Assembly: GCA_964565435.1 (NCBI GenBank)
Contig: CAZMEY010000002.1
Coordinates: 1-32,273, forward strand
Source of the DNA: Candidatus Woesearchaeota archaeon
GTDB taxonomy: Archaea > Nanobdellota > Nanobdellia > Tiddalikarchaeales > Tiddalikarchaeaceae
DNA: 32,273 bases
Direction: 5' to 3'
This document shows positions 8,587 through 15,658 of the stretch, one piece after another. A model generated the notes under the pieces. That model saw only the letters and a program-made list of their open reading frames with translations, had not been told where the DNA came from and ran no database searches. Made by a program: the position numbers and the translations under genes. Positions within the stretch are counted from its first letter, which is position 1. Every line of letters starts with the position of its first letter.

Positions 8587-9501
8587 TTAATTAATTATGC
8601 AGGTTTCCAAATTTTCGCTTGCTTTTTGTAATAAATTTGCTTGCTGAGCTAATGTTTTTTTTGTTTTGCGCTCTTTTATTTTTGATTTTATATTTTCTAT
8701 AAACTCGTCTTTTTTGTCTTTATATATGCTCATTTTGTATTTCATTTTCTCTATAATTTCATCTTTTTTATCTTTATATTGACTTAATTTATCTTTCATA
8801 TTTTCCTTAAGCTTATCTTTTTTAGTTCCTAAATATTTCCATTTATCCTGTAAATACTCCTTAAATTTGTGGCTGCTGGTTTGTGGTTGCATTACTGGCG
8901 CTTGCGGAATTAATGATTCTAAATCTTCTGTTTCCTCTTCATCATTAACAGGATTTTGAGGCTCTTGTACTGATGGGGCAGAAGGTTCTTGCACATCTTC
9001 AGCAGGAGCATTTGACACAGGTTTCTCATATTTTTGCTTTAATTTATTAATATAATTAGGTGAAGATAATATTTCGCATATTGATGCCTTTTTTGTAATA
9101 TCATATAATGAATATTTGTCAGCGTTTTCTTCCTCGTTTTTTATGCCTATCTTTGATTTCGGGTTTTTCTTCATGTATTCTGTCAATTTGTCCCCATAGT
9201 CATTTAAGGATAAATGGGTTGGAAGTTTTGCCTTGTATTGATCATTAAGCCAATCATATTTGCAGGCAACTTCCAATGTGTCGTCTTTTTTTGAATGCAA
9301 AAAATAATCCTCTGTAGTGTTTTTGTTTATTTTAGAATTCCTTGAAATCATGTAAGCACTTGCAATTAATCCGACTACGCTGCCTATTATTGGCAATGAT
9401 GCTCCTATGAGTATTGCTGTAAGTCCTGCCCCTGCTGAGCCGACGCTGACTATTTCAGCTTTTTCTTTAGTGTTTAAACCATAAGTGTAATGTGAGGGCA
9501 T
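8587..9501 (-). CDS. hypothetical membrane protein, N-terminal glycine-zipper hairpin, P/Q/E linker, K/D-rich repeat tail (paralog of 9541..10113)
   Basis: 304 aa. MPSHYTYGLNTKEKAEIVSVGSAGAGLTAILIGASLPIIGSVVGLIASAY aligns with the N-terminus of the neighbouring 190-aa ORF. Both share a DKYSL motif. Confidence 0.65.
   Translation of the reverse strand: MPSHYTYGLNTKEKAEIVSVGSAGAGLTAILIGASLPIIGSVVGLIASAYMISRNSKINKNTTEDYFLHSKKDDTLEVACKYDWLNDQYKAKLPTHLSLNDYGDKLTEYMKKNPKSKIGIKNEEENADKYSLYDITKKASICEILSSPNYINKLKQKYEKPVSNAPAEDVQEPSAPSVQEPQNPVNDEEETEDLESLIPQAPVMQPQTSSHKFKEYLQDKWKYLGTKKDKLKENMKDKLSQYKDKKDEIIEKMKYKMSIYKDKKDEFIENIKSKIKERKTKKTLAQQANLLQKASENLETCIIN
8677..8784. repeat. 2 x 54-bp in-frame tandem repeat
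   Basis: Encodes SQYKDKKDEIIEKMKYKM / SIYKDKKDEFIENIKSKI (aa 240-275 of the 304-aa protein). Confidence 0.7.
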
Positions 9502-9524
9502 AGTAAAATTAAGGGAAAAATCTA

Positions 9525-9532
9525 TTTATAAA
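9525..9532 (-). promoter_or_regulatory. TATA-like box for the 304-aa gene
   Basis: Palindromic tttataaa, 24 nt upstream of ATG 9501. Confidence 0.4.
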
Positions 9533-9540
9533 TCTTGTTT

Positions 9541-10113
9541 TTAAGGTGATTGCTGCTGAGGAGAAGAATATAAAATTTTCAATATTTCTGGGTTGAATTT
9601 GGATAAATTGATTGTTCTTCCTTTTGGCTCATCATCTCCTGGATATATTATTGAATCAATTGTTATGTCGCAGATTTTGTATTTTGTATTTTGTTCATTA
9701 AGTGAATTATTAACAAGTGAATATTTGTCATTGTCTTCTTTTTTGATTTTTAATTCTGCATTTGAGTTTTTTAAAAGATATTGTTCTAAAACACTTGCCC
9801 CTTGATTTTTAGTGAACGTTGCATTTGGAATTTTTGATTTTGCTACACCTTTTTTGCTTATTTTATAGTTAAAGTCAATTGAGTCCCCTTTTTTGGCATT
9901 GGCAAAATAAGTGTTATAAGAATTAATTGTGTTTATCTTATTTTTTATGCTTTTATAAGCCAAATAAGCTAGTGCTGCTCCGCCAATTATTCCTCCCAAT
10001 ATTGGGTTAATGGCTATTCCTGCCAATAATCCTGCCAAGCCTCCAGCTGTGCTTGTGCTTGCAATCTTTGTTTTTTCCAATTGGCTAATATTGCTTGAAT
10101 AATGCATGGACAT
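9541..10113 (-). CDS. hypothetical membrane protein, N-terminal glycine-zipper hairpin (paralog of 8587..9501)
   Basis: 190 aa. MSMHYSSNISQLEKTKIASTSTAGGLAGLLAGIAINPILGGIIGGAALAYLAY is a GxxxG-rich two-segment hydrophobic region broken by NP. The rest is N/K-rich and soluble. Confidence 0.65.
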   Translation of the reverse strand: MSMHYSSNISQLEKTKIASTSTAGGLAGLLAGIAINPILGGIIGGAALAYLAYKSIKNKINTINSYNTYFANAKKGDSIDFNYKISKKGVAKSKIPNATFTKNQGASVLEQYLLKNSNAELKIKKEDNDKYSLVNNSLNEQNTKYKICDITIDSIIYPGDDEPKGRTINLSKFNPEILKILYSSPQQQSP

Positions 10114-10136
10114 AATAATTCTAAGGCAAAAATCTC

Positions 10137-10144
10137 TTTAAAAA
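10137..10144 (-). promoter_or_regulatory. TATA-like box for the 190-aa gene
   Basis: The minus strand reads tttttaaa, 24 nt upstream of ATG 10113. Confidence 0.4.
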
Positions 10145-10159
10145 TGTTTTTATGATAAC

Positions 10160-10167
10160 TTTTAAAT
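10160..10167 (+). promoter_or_regulatory. TATA-like box for srp54
   Basis: ttttaaat ends 25 nt upstream of ATG 10192. Confidence 0.45.
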
Positions 10168-10191
10168 AATCTTGATTGTAGAAATATTATC

Positions 10192-11526
10192 ATGCTTGGC
10201 GGTTTTGAAGGCGCTTTAAGGGGGATTATTAAGAGGATTGAGGGCACTAGCCATTTTGATGATGAGTTATTGGATAGCATTTTGAAGGATTTGTCTAAGA
10301 CCTTGATAGCCTCTGATGTTGAGCCTGTTTTGGCTTTTTCTTTTATTGAGCATGTCAAAAGAAGAGTTAAGGAAGAGAAGGGCTTAAAGTTCACTATTAA
10401 GGAGCAGTTTATCTATATTATTTATGATGAGCTGGCAAAGATTGTAGGCAAAGATAAGCAAATAATTGTTAATGAAAAGCCTTTCAAAATTTTATTGGTT
10501 GGACTATTTGGTTCTGGAAAGACGACTACCAGCGCCAAATTGGCGAAGTATTACAAAAAAAGGGGTTACAAAGTTGCATTGCTGGGATTGGATACTTATA
10601 GGGCTGCTGCGAGAGAGCAGTTAAAGCAATTGGCTGATAAGATACAAGTTTCTGTATTCATTGATGAATCACTTAAAAATCCTGCTGATGTTGTTAATAA
10701 GTTTGAGAAGGAATTAAATAAATTTGATATAGTTATTGCTGATAGCGCTGGAAGGGATGCTTTGGATAAGGAGTTGGCTAAAGAGATTAAGGATATTAAG
10801 AGGGCTTTGAGCCCTAATGAGAGTATTTTGGTTCTTCCTGCTGATATTGGGCAAAGCGCTAAGGCTCAGGCTAAGGCTTTCAAGGAATTGGTTAATGTTA
10901 GGAATGTTATTATTACTAGAATGGATGGAACTGCTAAAGGTGGTGGTGTTCTTACTGCCTGCTATGAAACTGATTCCCCTATAGTTTTTATTGGCACTGG
11001 AGAGAAGGTTGATGATTTTGAGGAGTTTGACAGCAAAGGCTTTATTGGAAGATTATTGGGTTTAGGGGATTTGAATGCTTTGATTAAAAAAGCGCAGGAT
11101 GCTTTTACTGAAGAAGATGCCAAAAAGGCATCTGAGAAGTTTTTTTCCGGCGAGTTTAATCTAATAGATTTTTATGACCAATTAAAAGGAATTAAAAAAA
11201 TGGGGAGTTTGTCAAGTGTTGTTAATCTTATTCCAGGGTTTTCCGGCAAGGTGTCGCAGGAGCTGCTTGGCATGCAGGAGAGCAAATTAAAGAAATTTGA
11301 GCCAATCCTTTCAAGCATGACTTATGAGGAGCTGACTAATCCCAAAATTATCACTGGCACAAGGATTCAAAGGATTGCTTTTGGGGCAGGGGTTGGCGAG
11401 TCAGATGTTAAGGCTTTGCTTGATAGTTTCAGGCAATTAGGGAAATTAAGCTCTAAAATTAACCCCAGAAAGCTTAAAATGCTTGAGAAAAACTTTGATT
11501 TGTCAAAGTTCAAGGGGTTAATGTAA
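10192..11526 (+). CDS. srp54: signal recognition particle protein SRP54
   Basis: 444 aa. N domain, G domain (GLFGSGKTTTSAKLA, DSAGR, TRMDG, GTGEK) and a Met-rich M domain at the C-terminus. Confidence 0.92.
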   Translation: MLGGFEGALRGIIKRIEGTSHFDDELLDSILKDLSKTLIASDVEPVLAFSFIEHVKRRVKEEKGLKFTIKEQFIYIIYDELAKIVGKDKQIIVNEKPFKILLVGLFGSGKTTTSAKLAKYYKKRGYKVALLGLDTYRAAAREQLKQLADKIQVSVFIDESLKNPADVVNKFEKELNKFDIVIADSAGRDALDKELAKEIKDIKRALSPNESILVLPADIGQSAKAQAKAFKELVNVRNVIITRMDGTAKGGGVLTACYETDSPIVFIGTGEKVDDFEEFDSKGFIGRLLGLGDLNALIKKAQDAFTEEDAKKASEKFFSGEFNLIDFYDQLKGIKKMGSLSSVVNLIPGFSGKVSQELLGMQESKLKKFEPILSSMTYEELTNPKIITGTRIQRIAFGAGVGESDVKALLDSFRQLGKLSSKINPRKLKMLEKNFDLSKFKGLM

Positions 11527-11529
11527 ATC

Positions 11530-11537
11530 TTTTTAAA
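11530..11537 (+). promoter_or_regulatory. TATA-like box for the Zn-ribbon/L21e operon
   Basis: tttttaaa ends 27 nt upstream of ATG 11564. Confidence 0.4.
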
Positions 11538-11563
11538 GCGATAAGTTTTATTTCATAATTTAA

Positions 11564-11719
11564 ATGGCTAAGTGCGATGCTTGCAAAAGTGAATTAAAAG
11601 AAGGTTTGCTTGGCAAAATTGCTGGAGCCAGCTTGAGAATTGGCAAAAAAGTATTTAAAATATGCCCTAATTGTCAAAGAATATACAATATTGAGGAGTT
11701 AAAAAAGAGGTTGAAATAA
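11564..11719 (+). CDS. small zinc-ribbon protein (mini-ORF missing from the ORF track)
   Basis: 51 aa: MAKCDACKSELKEGLLGKIAGASLRIGKKVFKICPNCQRIYNIEELKKRLK, with CxxC-x27-CxxC. It has a TATA box at leaderless spacing and ends 1 nt before the L21e ATG. Confidence 0.5.
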   Translation: MAKCDACKSELKEGLLGKIAGASLRIGKKVFKICPNCQRIYNIEELKKRLK

Positions 11720-11720
11720 T

Positions 11721-12011
11721 ATGCCTAAAAGACCACATGGAAAACAGCAGGGTTGCAGGAATAAATTGCTTAGAAAACCCAGGGATAAAGGAAAAGTAAG
11801 CATTGTTAAGCAGCTGAAAAGCTTTGAGATAGGGGACAATGTAATGGTCAAGGTTGAGCCAATGATTAAAAAAAATCTTATTCATAGAAGGTTTTTGAAT
11901 AAATCAGGGGTTATTGTTGAAAAAAGGGGAGGCGCTTACAGGGTCAGGGTCAAGGATTTTGACAAGGAGAAAGATGTTCTTGTAAAGCCTGTGCATTTGA
12001 TAAAGTTGTGA
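11721..12011 (+). CDS. rpl21e: 50S ribosomal protein L21e (eL21)
   Basis: 96 aa. PHGKQQGCRNKLLRKPRDKGKVSI...FEIGDNVMVKVEP...HRRFLNKSGVIVEKRGGAYRV matches L21e. Confidence 0.88.
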   Translation: MPKRPHGKQQGCRNKLLRKPRDKGKVSIVKQLKSFEIGDNVMVKVEPMIKKNLIHRRFLNKSGVIVEKRGGAYRVRVKDFDKEKDVLVKPVHLIKL

Positions 12012-12017
12012 TGATTT

Positions 12018-12347
12018 ATGAATTATAAAGTATTGAATGAGGAATTTGTAACCAAGGCTGAGATTAAGGAGATTCTTTCTCAAAGAAAGGATTTGGAATT
12101 GGAGCAAAAGCTTTCTAAAGAGCATGCCGGAGCTTTCAAAAAATTGAAATTGGATAAGGTTTTGAAGCTTAAAGATGATTTAAAAGCTTTGGGCAATACT
12201 AAATTGAATGATGAATTGATTGTTAAAGTTATTGATATTTTTCCGTCAAATATTGACGAATTAAAGGTTGTTTTGCAGATGAGCTTAATACCTTTTTCTG
12301 ACGACGAGATTCAAAAAGTATTTGAATGCTTGGAGTCTTATTTATAA
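12018..12347 (+). CDS. rpoF: DNA-directed RNA polymerase subunit Rpo4/F
   Basis: 109 aa. Helical protein with SKEHAGAFKKL...VKVIDIFPSNIDELKVV resembling RpoF. Conserved L21e-RpoF-DUF655 gene order. Confidence 0.68.
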   Translation: MNYKVLNEEFVTKAEIKEILSQRKDLELEQKLSKEHAGAFKKLKLDKVLKLKDDLKALGNTKLNDELIVKVIDIFPSNIDELKVVLQMSLIPFSDDEIQKVFECLESYL

Positions 12348-12365
12348 TACCTTTTTTAAAAAAAA

Positions 12366-12370
12366 GGAGG
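12366..12370 (+). promoter_or_regulatory. Shine-Dalgarno-like GGAGG for the internal DUF655 gene
   Basis: ggagg lies 11 nt upstream of ATG 12382. It is embedded in the A/T palindrome ccttttttaaaaaaaagg (12350-12367). Confidence 0.4.
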
Positions 12371-12381
12371 TTGATTAAAAA

Positions 12382-12948
12382 ATGTTTCCAAAAAGCAAAT
12401 TTTCAAAGCCAATAATTAAAGAGGATTATGCAATAGTTTTGGATTATTTATCCAATGGGTATCCTATGGAAGAAAGAAGAAGCCCCGTGGGTCAAGTGAT
12501 TGGCAAGAGCCATTTGTTTTTATTGGAGGTTGTGCCTAAAAAAGAGGTTAATCTTGCTCCATTGGTGGAGGTTTATATTGGGGATGATAAAAGGGATGAG
12601 GTTCACCATGTTGGGGGAAAGATTCCTTATTCAAAGCTTACAAGCACTGCAAGGATTAACCTTGATTTGGCTATTAATAAGATACTTGAAGAAAATAAGG
12701 AGAGATGGATTGCTTTTTTTAATAAATCAGGACCTATTAGTAAGAGGCAGCATCAGCTTGAATTATTGCCTGGCATTGGAAATAAGCACATGTGGACAAT
12801 ACTTAATGCAAGGGAAGAAAAGCCTTTTGAAAGCTTTGAGGATATTGCCTTAAGGGTCCCTTCAATACCAAATCCAAAGGATTTAATCATTAGAAGGATT
12901 AAGATGGAGCTTAATGAAGAAGACAAATACAGGTTGTTTGTATTATGA
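12382..12948 (+). CDS. DUF655-family protein (OB fold + helix-hairpin-helix, putative nucleic-acid binding)
   Basis: 188 aa. EDYAIVLDYLSNGYP, FLLEVVP, YSKLTSTARINL, FFNKSGPISKRQHQLELLPGIGNKHMW and PFESFEDIALRV match the DUF655 consensus. Confidence 0.8.
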   Translation: MFPKSKFSKPIIKEDYAIVLDYLSNGYPMEERRSPVGQVIGKSHLFLLEVVPKKEVNLAPLVEVYIGDDKRDEVHHVGGKIPYSKLTSTARINLDLAINKILEENKERWIAFFNKSGPISKRQHQLELLPGIGNKHMWTILNAREEKPFESFEDIALRVPSIPNPKDLIIRRIKMELNEEDKYRLFVL

Positions 12949-13217
12949 AAAAATTGATTATTTTGGCAAGCATTTTATTATTGCCTGCTTTTGGCCAAAA
13001 TATCTCTGAAACTATTAATGAATCATTGAATAATAGCTTGTCTGATTCTTGGTATTCTGATATTGCTGGCAAAGTATTTGAAGGGGATACTTCAGTGATA
13101 TTTTATGCAGTTATAGGGCTTGCATTGGTTTATTTTTTTGGAAAAATCGCTTTTAAATTCATTAAAGTGGCGATTATTGTTTTGCTGATAATTTTGCTTT
13201 TGAGGCTTATTTTTTAA
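12945..13217 (+). CDS. small secreted/membrane protein
   Basis: 90 aa. N-terminal signal-like MKKLIILASILLLPAFG and a hydrophobic C-terminal half. ATGA overlap with DUF655. Confidence 0.55.
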   Translation: MKKLIILASILLLPAFGQNISETINESLNNSLSDSWYSDIAGKVFEGDTSVIFYAVIGLALVYFFGKIAFKFIKVAIIVLLIILLLRLIF

Positions 13218-13651
13218 TTGCTTAAGGTGATTGTTGATTGGGATTCATTAGATAATGCCCTTATTATCATGTCTTGGCCGCTGAAAAATATTCCCCTAAG
13301 TGTTGCAGAGTTTTGCAATTGCGCGCATTTGTCAATGCCTAATTCCGATATTGATGCGCATACTAAATTGCCTGAAAAAGAGATTGTGTATACATATTCC
13401 CCTAATTTTTCAGGCATAGGGTAAGAATATTCCATGGATAAATAATAAAAATCATGCAATTGGGAGTTTATCTTTGATATCAAAAAGCTTGCATGGTTGG
13501 CTGTGTTTTCAAGCTGCAATCCAAGTGCATGGGATTCAACTTGGGGCACTAAGTATTCATATAAAAAGAAAAAAAATACTGCCAGGAAAACAATCCCTAA
13601 TAGGAATTTTAAAACCTCTCCAAGAGCCTCTGATTGCGTTTTTTTGTTCAT
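13214..13651 (-). CDS. putative class III signal peptide (type IV pilin-like) protein
   Basis: 145 aa. MNKKTQSEALGEVLKFLLGIVFLAVFFFFL resembles the archaeal prepilin pattern (short basic N-terminus, Q-S, acidic residue, long hydrophobic helix). Confidence 0.4.
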   Translation of the reverse strand: MNKKTQSEALGEVLKFLLGIVFLAVFFFFLYEYLVPQVESHALGLQLENTANHASFLISKINSQLHDFYYLSMEYSYPMPEKLGEYVYTISFSGNLVCASISELGIDKCAQLQNSATLRGIFFSGQDMIIRALSNESQSTITLSN

Positions 13652-14502
13652 GCATTAATCAAATCAAGTATTGTTTCCAATTTTTGCTTTCTTTCAGCGA
13701 ATTTTTCCTTTAATTCGGTGTAAGTTTTTTCGGTTATATCTTTGCTTGCGAGCCTTGAATCCAAGTTGTTTGAATCATGCTCCAATTGGTTGATTTCTTT
13801 TATTATTTTTACATCCAAATTTTTTGAGTTTCTTGGCAAATCAAGCAATGACTCCCCTTCTTCCGCCTTTGATTTAACATATTTTGTGCTTATTAGGCTG
13901 AATACTTGGGTTATTTCATTGTCCAATTTTGACCTTAGAATCTTGCTGCTTGATTCGCCGCTTAAGATTATTTTGAAATCGCTGGTTTTGCTTTCAATAT
14001 TGTATATTCCGCTGGATTTAAACCAAATGTTTATTGTGTCAAATTTCCTTGTAATAAATATCAATGCTGAAAGAATAAATAATATTGCTCCAAGAGCCAA
14101 TATGTATGATTCATTTATTGACATGCTCAATATTGTTTCAAGGTAGTCAGTTATGAAATAAGAGATGAATGACAATATTGACAAAACAAGCAGGGGCTTC
14201 CAAATGATTGGGAATCTTGAGCCAGTCTGCACTTTTTTTTGCGCATGAAGCACTGCCCTTAAGGGCTTTAGCCTTCCTGCTTGAAAGATGTTTTCAAACT
14301 CTGAATCCTCAAACCTTGCGAATTTGTTGATTGTTATATCATAATCCATTGCTTCCAATAGTTCAAGCACTTGGGTTCTTAATAATTCAGGGTCTTGACC
14401 CCTAATATTTAATTCATGGAATACTTCATGGTTTTCCATTTTTTTGGTTTCAAAATTTTTCTCCATTTTCTCGGTAATGGTTTTTTGGCCGAAGATATTC
14501 AT
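13648..14502 (-). CDS. hypothetical 2-TM membrane protein with a SHOCT-like C-terminal helix
   Basis: 284 aa with two central TM helices. C-terminal LASKDITEKTYTELKEKFAERKQKL resembles the SHOCT short C-terminal domain. 4-nt overlap with the downstream pilin-like gene. Confidence 0.55.
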   Translation of the reverse strand: MNIFGQKTITEKMEKNFETKKMENHEVFHELNIRGQDPELLRTQVLELLEAMDYDITINKFARFEDSEFENIFQAGRLKPLRAVLHAQKKVQTGSRFPIIWKPLLVLSILSFISYFITDYLETILSMSINESYILALGAILFILSALIFITRKFDTINIWFKSSGIYNIESKTSDFKIILSGESSSKILRSKLDNEITQVFSLISTKYVKSKAEEGESLLDLPRNSKNLDVKIIKEINQLEHDSNNLDSRLASKDITEKTYTELKEKFAERKQKLETILDLINA

Positions 14503-14552
14503 GTTAAATTAATAGCATTTAACTATATAAAAACCTTTTTTTTTAATTGGAT

Positions 14553-14867
14553 TCAATCCGTTGATGTCCCTATGATTGATTTGCAATAAGCAATCATTGA
14601 ATCCAGCTGACTCAGGGTTTTTTCGTAGTTTATCGGGATTAATGAATCATCGGAAAAATTGGAGGTTTTATCCTTAAGGTATTTTTTGTCAATGCAAAAA
14701 AATGTTTGAGCAAAGCTTTTTTTATATAAAGTGTTGATTTCGGGGATTATTATTCTCCTGCTGTTAAACAAGGAAATATATTCTCGCGCATAAAACCTTG
14801 CAGATTTGGGGTCTTCATTTTTTAATCTTTCTAATTCAGATATTGTTTCATTAAACACTGAAGCCAT
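14553..14867 (-). CDS. hypothetical protein
   Basis: 104-aa ORF. TATA-like tttttaaa (minus strand, 14891-14898) 24 nt upstream. No family recognised. Confidence 0.5.
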   Translation of the reverse strand: MASVFNETISELERLKNEDPKSARFYAREYISLFNSRRIIIPEINTLYKKSFAQTFFCIDKKYLKDKTSNFSDDSLIPINYEKTLSQLDSMIAYCKSIIGTSTD

Positions 14868-14917
14868 GGATTAATAGTCAAATAATTCTTTTTAAAAAAT
14901 TATCTTTTTTATTATAT

Positions 14918-15658
14918 TTAATTTTTGCTGAAATTTTCGTATTCTTTTATCAATTCAGGCATTGTGAGGCTTACAACTTTTTTCTCAGAGCAATTTTCCA
15001 CTTTGCCTTTTAGCTTTCTTTTGTCCAACTCAGCGCTCCATTCCCTTCTTCCGCAAATAAGGGCATTTTTGACGCTTTTGTTCTTGAATTCAAAGAGGGT
15101 TTTTATGAATTTGAAGAATCCCTCGTCATAATCATTTCCTGTCGGCAAAAATTCAACCAGGGCGCTGTCAACTTTTGGCACAGGGCAAAAAGAATTCCTT
15201 GAAATTATTAATTTGATCTTGGGTATTGATAGATAATTTGCGAGTATTGTCAGCCTTGAGTAATCCTTTGATCCCGGCTTTGCAACCAATCTTTCTGCGA
15301 ACTCTTTTTGGTAAAGGATTACGCATCTTTTTTTTTCTTTCAATATTTTTTCCGTTATTTTGCCGCTGATATAATATGGAATGTTTCCTGCAATTATTGT
15401 TGCATCTTTTGGTATCTCTGATTTTAATATATCTTTATTTATCACTTCAATCCCTAAGCTGGATAAGTAAGGAATAAGGGTTTTGTCTATTTCGCAGGCA
15501 ATCACTTTTTTGGCGTCTTTTGCCAAATATTTTGTCAATGCCCCTTTTCCAGGGCCTATTTCAAAAACAGTGTCATTTTTGCTAGGATTTATTATTTGGG
15601 CTATTTTTTGCAAAGTGTTTTCGTCTTTTAAAAACACTTGCCCTAATTTCGGCTTCAA
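14918..15658 (-). CDS. rsmA: 16S rRNA (adenine1518/1519-N6)-dimethyltransferase KsgA/RsmA
   Basis: 246 aa. LGQVFLKDENTLQKI, VFEIGPGKGALT and GNIPYYIS are KsgA/Dim1 motifs. Confidence 0.87.
   Translation of the reverse strand: MKPKLGQVFLKDENTLQKIAQIINPSKNDTVFEIGPGKGALTKYLAKDAKKVIACEIDKTLIPYLSSLGIEVINKDILKSEIPKDATIIAGNIPYYISGKITEKILKEKKRCVILYQKEFAERLVAKPGSKDYSRLTILANYLSIPKIKLIISRNSFCPVPKVDSALVEFLPTGNDYDEGFFKFIKTLFEFKNKSVKNALICGRREWSAELDKRKLKGKVENCSEKKVVSLTMPELIKEYENFSKN

Noticed and set aside
10014-10394. A 126-aa minus-strand ORF spanning the divergent promoter between the 190-aa gene and srp54.
   Set aside because: It overlaps the start of two better-supported genes and both TATA boxes. The frame is open by chance in A/T-rich sequence.
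12350-12367. The A/T inverted repeat ccttttttaaaaaaaagg between rpoF and DUF655, considered as an attenuator or terminator.
   Set aside because: The stem would be almost pure A-T with no loop, and it overlaps the GGAGG ribosome-binding site. It is more simply a T-run/A-run spacer.
12500-12853. A 117-aa same-strand alternative-frame ORF inside the DUF655 gene.
   Set aside because: The DUF655 frame carries the conserved family motifs. The alternative frame is W/L/R-rich with no recognisable features or start context.
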